From the IMG/VR virus record IMGVR_UViG_3300027386_000003: 34,833 nucleotides of DNA; one strand, written 5' to 3'. Below the pieces are notes generated by a model that was not told where the DNA came from, made no database searches, and was given only the letters and a program-made list of their open reading frames with translations. The position numbers were made by a program, and so were the translations under genes. The DNA is from a virus. This document shows positions 31,240-34,833 of this stretch, piece after piece. The first letter of the stretch is position 1, and each line of letters begins with the position of its first letter.

Positions 31240-31524
31240 TTATCTATTGAACTGGTGACGTAGAAATTCCCTAGGGGATTCCATTTCTACGGGTTTGTGC
31301 GGGTACTTCCCTGGGGGCATATCATTCCCCACATCTTCCACGCCGTTTCGGGCGTTGTGTGCGCGTAACTTGGCCCTGGAATCAATCACGGACCCATCCA
31401 CAGGGGATTTGAATTGGTACGGGAGATCGCCGTGTACCTGCAGGGAAGTCCTCTCCCTGCGCGGCTTATCCAGGTCTTTTTTCCGCTTCCAGCGGCCTGG
31501 GGACACTTCCACCCACTCGGTCAC
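31240..31524 (-). CDS. Hypothetical basic protein (94 aa)
   Basis: A GTG start forms a GTGA overlap with the portal stop. Confidence 0.45.
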   Translation of the reverse strand: MTEWVEVSPGRWKRKKDLDKPRRERTSLQVHGDLPYQFKSPVDGSVIDSRAKLRAHNARNGVEDVGNDMPPGKYPHKPVEMESPREFLRHQFNR

Positions 31525-33659
31525 AGTACAGAGGCCTCCAACGCCATCTTCTGTTCCTTGTGCTGGAGATCCATGACCATCATTTGCAGTTCCAGCTCGC
31601 TTCTGGCCAGGTCTGATTCCATTCTGGCCTGCTCGCGTTGCAATTCCACAACGTCCTGCTGGGCTTCGGACTGCATCTTGACCTGCTCGGCCTGAGCCTT
31701 GAGCTGAAGCCTCTGCAATTCAATCTGGGCCTTGGCCTGCTCCACCTGCATCCGCATTTTCAGGGTTTCCATTTCGGCCTGCGCCTTCATTTCCTCCGGC
31801 GAGGGCTGGTCGGGCTGTTCCTTGGCCTGCGTCTGCTTCTCCTCGAATTTCTGCAGGAACTCCTCGAACTTGGACTCCATAGAGCGTCCGGCACGGAAGC
31901 CCCGAATCGTGAACATCATCATTTCACCGAGCAGCGGCGTCATTTCAGGCACCTGCATCATCATGGGGGCCATCTGCGTCAGGTAGGTTCCGGCGGCATT
32001 CAGGAACTCGGTGCGCTCCTTCTGCATCAGCTCGGCATTCATTTCAATGGTGCTGTCGGTCTCGATGTCAATGCGGGTCTGGCGCATCTTTTCATTCTTG
32101 AGCAGGTCGGCAACACTCGCCCACAACTGCTCTTTCTGCGTTTCCTCCATTTCAGCCACTTCCGGCATCATGTCGAATCCGGCTTTGTCCCTCAGGGTGG
32201 CGGGTTGGAACAACTCCACCATCATTTCCGCCTGAATCCGCAATACGTCCCTGGAAACCCGCTCCACTGCCCGCCGGCGCTGATCCAGGCGCTGCGTGGT
32301 GAACGAGGTCTTGATTCTCGTGGCCGTGGCCTTCTCCCTGGGATCGGTCTTGCCTCGGGCCGCGTCCGATATGCCGGAGACCTCGTAAATCGTGGACTTG
32401 ACCTGCTCTCTCGCCGCATACAGGCCGGACAGCGTGTTGACGACGAATTCCATGGGCAACCATTTCACCATTCCCCCAAGACTCGAGCTTCCCGGCGCAC
32501 TCTTGCCCAGCAGCGCCGCCATGTTCGACACCGGCACCATCTTTCCGTCATTGCTTCCCTGCAGGACTTCCGCCAGCCCCTCCGCCGAGGCGTCGTACAC
32601 GCCGACCAGCCTCAGGGCCTCGGTCAATCTCTGGATTCTCCACGAGATGGTGTCCAGTTCGTCCGCCAGATCCACGTACATCTTGTAATCCGGTATCGGG
32701 AACAGGGATTTATTCGTCAGCGTGGCGAATGCGGGTCTTGGGCAAGGGAAGAACTTCTCCAGTCCGTAAGGGTCCTTGGTCTTTTCAATCCACTGGTCGA
32801 AGTCCTTCGACAGGAACATTCGCTGCCTGGAGCGCATATCCCATATCTCCCACACCTCGGCCATTTTCAGGTCCTCTTTGACCTTCTCCTTATCGGATGC
32901 CATGATGGACGCCGTCCTGTTTTCTCCAGCTAACGGGACCTGCCTGAATATCTTCCCGAACCGGGCTACCCCTTCGTCACGGGTGAGCATGGTTCTCCGG
33001 GCCACCCATCCGTTGCGCTCGATTTCGGCCCAGCTTCGGGCCTGACTGTGCGCGAAGTCCATCCAGTAGACGTAATCAATGATGGTGCGTTCATTGGCTA
33101 CCCGCTCTTCCTCGATAATCCAGCGCTCGCCCTCCGGCATCACCTGGTCTGCCTGGACCTCCGCGCCATACCGGTCACGGTAAAGCCCGTCCACGTCCAG
33201 GCTCACTTCCGTCCGCATCTTGATAATGTCCGACTCGAATACCACCCAGGGAATGCCCCGGCCGACCAGCAGATTGTCCAGCACGACCTGATTCATGCTG
33301 TCCTCGAGCCCGGAAGTCTCGGTCTCGAACTCCACCGCTCTTTCAATGACCTCGGCCGCCGCTCGGCCCACAGCGTCAGGGTCCTTGTTCCTGCGCTCTG
33401 CCACGATGCGAGGCACCCGGGAGAATACAGAGGGCTTGAGGGTCTGGATATTGCTCCAGAGCAGATTGAAGATGGGCTTCTTGGCCTTGGACTTGCGCGT
33501 TCCCAATTCCTGCTTTTCAAGGCTGAATCGCTCCTCGATCATCTTGGCGTCTTTCATCCAGGACTCGGCGGATTTCTGGTACGCATCCAGAGAGGCCTTC
33601 CAAAAAAGCAGGCTGTCGCGCGGATTCGTCGGGACTCTTTCCTGTTCCATGATTTCCAT
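31521..33659 (-). CDS. Portal protein (about 712 aa) with a long C-terminal coiled-coil
   Basis: It is the first large gene after terL. The start was re-derived to ATG 33659 because the track start at 33710 is a TTG that overlaps terL. About 110 C-terminal residues are Gln/Glu/Ala/Met-rich helix. Confidence 0.75.
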   Translation of the reverse strand: MEIMEQERVPTNPRDSLLFWKASLDAYQKSAESWMKDAKMIEERFSLEKQELGTRKSKAKKPIFNLLWSNIQTLKPSVFSRVPRIVAERRNKDPDAVGRAAAEVIERAVEFETETSGLEDSMNQVVLDNLLVGRGIPWVVFESDIIKMRTEVSLDVDGLYRDRYGAEVQADQVMPEGERWIIEEERVANERTIIDYVYWMDFAHSQARSWAEIERNGWVARRTMLTRDEGVARFGKIFRQVPLAGENRTASIMASDKEKVKEDLKMAEVWEIWDMRSRQRMFLSKDFDQWIEKTKDPYGLEKFFPCPRPAFATLTNKSLFPIPDYKMYVDLADELDTISWRIQRLTEALRLVGVYDASAEGLAEVLQGSNDGKMVPVSNMAALLGKSAPGSSSLGGMVKWLPMEFVVNTLSGLYAAREQVKSTIYEVSGISDAARGKTDPREKATATRIKTSFTTQRLDQRRRAVERVSRDVLRIQAEMMVELFQPATLRDKAGFDMMPEVAEMEETQKEQLWASVADLLKNEKMRQTRIDIETDSTIEMNAELMQKERTEFLNAAGTYLTQMAPMMMQVPEMTPLLGEMMMFTIRGFRAGRSMESKFEEFLQKFEEKQTQAKEQPDQPSPEEMKAQAEMETLKMRMQVEQAKAQIELQRLQLKAQAEQVKMQSEAQQDVVELQREQARMESDLARSELELQMMVMDLQHKEQKMALEASVL

Positions 33660-33675
33660 TATATGAGAAATTCCC

Positions 33676-34833
33676 CTAGTACAGGCCTCTCCTCTGCTTA
33701 TCCTCTTCAATCAGATCATTCAGGGTCAAATGATATGGATTCGGTTGGCTGAAGTCCGGCTCAGGCGGGGGCGGCTTGGGCGCTTCCCCACTCTCCATTC
33801 CGGCCAGCATCATTCCTATGAGCGCCAGCGAATCCACCTGGTCGTCATGCTTGCCTCGGGGGAACTTCAATAGCTCCTTCACAAGATCCGGAGCCCAATG
33901 CGCGTGTTTGGGCAACCACAGGCCCAGCCCGGACATTCTCGCCTGCATCGAACGCGCCGACACCACTTTGTCCCGGGTCCTGGCCAGCTGGAGACGTCGC
34001 CCATGAATTTTCCTCTGGCTCTGTCTCTTGGTCAGGAAGGGGCCGATTCCCTTGGTAATCTGCCCTTTCTCCTCGGCCCAGGCAATGGTGCCGTATTTCT
34101 CCATCATGTCCAGCATGGGGTCTATCCACTGATCGGACTGGACCTGCTTCCGCCACACGTCCAAGAGCCACATTCGATCCTCCTGGTCGATTCCAACCAC
34201 CAGATGCACCGTGTAGTCCCCATCGTCGTCGGTCAGCGCGTAGTCCGATGCGCCGTAAGTCCGCATATGAGACAGGGGCGGGGGGTTTCCATACCGAATC
34301 CACCCCTTCTCGAAATACACGCCGCCCTCAGGATTCGGGTTGCCTTGGTACAGGCTCGCCCATCCTCTGGCACCGATGATTCTCTTTCTACGCTCCAGAT
34401 AGTCCAAAGGCCTCTGTTCCGGCCACAGGGCCTCCCCTTTGTCATTGATCGCCGGATGATGCAGGACCGTCCACTGGTCGCCCCCATTCTCCTGGTCCTC
34501 GAGCAGTCTCCCGATCAGGTCATCTTCGTGCCAGCGGGTCCCGATTATCACTACCCTCCCTCCGGGCATCAATCGGGTGTAGGCGTCGTCGGTGTACCAG
34601 CTGTAGATTTTGTCTCTCATAATGAGAGAGTCCGCATCCTCCCGGCCTTTCACGGGGTCATCAATGACCAGCAAGTCCGCTCCGAATCCGGTAATCGGGC
34701 CGGTTACGCCGGCGGCGCAATAGACTCCGCCCTGATTCGTGTGCCACAGATCCGCGGCCTTGGAATCAGGCGCGAGCGTCACTTCAGGGAATATGGAGAG
34801 GTGCGATTGGTGGGTCATTAGATTCCTGACCCG
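33676..34833 (-). CDS. terL: Terminase large subunit, main part. It is open at the window end; the N-terminus is encoded at 100..384 after circular closure.
   Basis: Walker B is LLVIDDP. The coupling motif GTRWHEDD and the C-terminal nuclease-domain acidic residues (VVGIDQ...HDDQVDSL) are present. The frame stays open upstream of the M at 34818. Confidence 0.85.
   Translation of the reverse strand, partial: RVRNLMTHQSHLSIFPEVTLAPDSKAADLWHTNQGGVYCAAGVTGPITGFGADLLVIDDPVKGREDADSLIMRDKIYSWYTDDAYTRLMPGGRVVIIGTRWHEDDLIGRLLEDQENGGDQWTVLHHPAINDKGEALWPEQRPLDYLERRKRIIGARGWASLYQGNPNPEGGVYFEKGWIRYGNPPPLSHMRTYGASDYALTDDDGDYTVHLVVGIDQEDRMWLLDVWRKQVQSDQWIDPMLDMMEKYGTIAWAEEKGQITKGIGPFLTKRQSQRKIHGRRLQLARTRDKVVSARSMQARMSGLGLWLPKHAHWAPDLVKELLKFPRGKHDDQVDSLALIGMMLAGMESGEAPKPPPPEPDFSQPNPYHLTLNDLIEEDKQRRGLY
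34735..34833. repeat. Second copy of the 99-bp terminal overlap (identical to 1..99)
   Basis: Direct comparison with bases 1-99. Confidence 0.9.

Overview
The window is a complete, circularly closed tailed-phage genome of about 34,734 bp. Bases 1-99 are identical to 34735-34833, so the large terminase gene is split across the window ends.

Gene layout. Coding density is very high and almost all genes lie on the minus strand. Many are linked by ATGA or TAATG stop/start overlaps and preceded by GGAG-type Shine-Dalgarno sites. Read in the direction of transcription, the order is:
- terS, terL, portal, scaffold, major capsid, neck
- two giant collagen-like fibers
- a GC-rich two-gene cassette
- a multi-membrane-protein lysis cassette
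- small genes and a tRNA(CAU)

A plus-strand operon (14540-16883) converges on the tRNA. It opens with a 49-aa ribbon-helix-helix (RHH) protein and ends with a PanD-like aspartate decarboxylase.

A second minus-strand block diverges from that operon. It encodes, in order:
- RHH and winged-HTH regulators flanking an origin-like palindrome/iteron element
- a third fiber, a 5-repeat propeller-like protein and a P22-gp10-like hub
- a GNAT plus a minimal class-IIb aminoacyl-tRNA-synthetase (EpmA/LysRS-like) core
- four ejection-protein-like genes, an HNH endonuclease and a DUF6527 protein

I could recognise no integrase, DNA polymerase, primase or helicase.

Most unusual content:
- the EpmA-like ligase + GNAT pair sitting inside the tail/ejection operon
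- the divergent PanD
- the atypical tRNA(CAU)
- the GC-rich cassette, whose first product has an aerolysin-like amphipathic beta-hairpin
- a candidate antisense sRNA and origin next to the wHTH gene

Limits. All family assignments come from by-eye motif recognition, with no searches run. The supplied ORF track labels TTG and GTG starts as M, so I re-derived many starts from Shine-Dalgarno sites and stop/start coupling.
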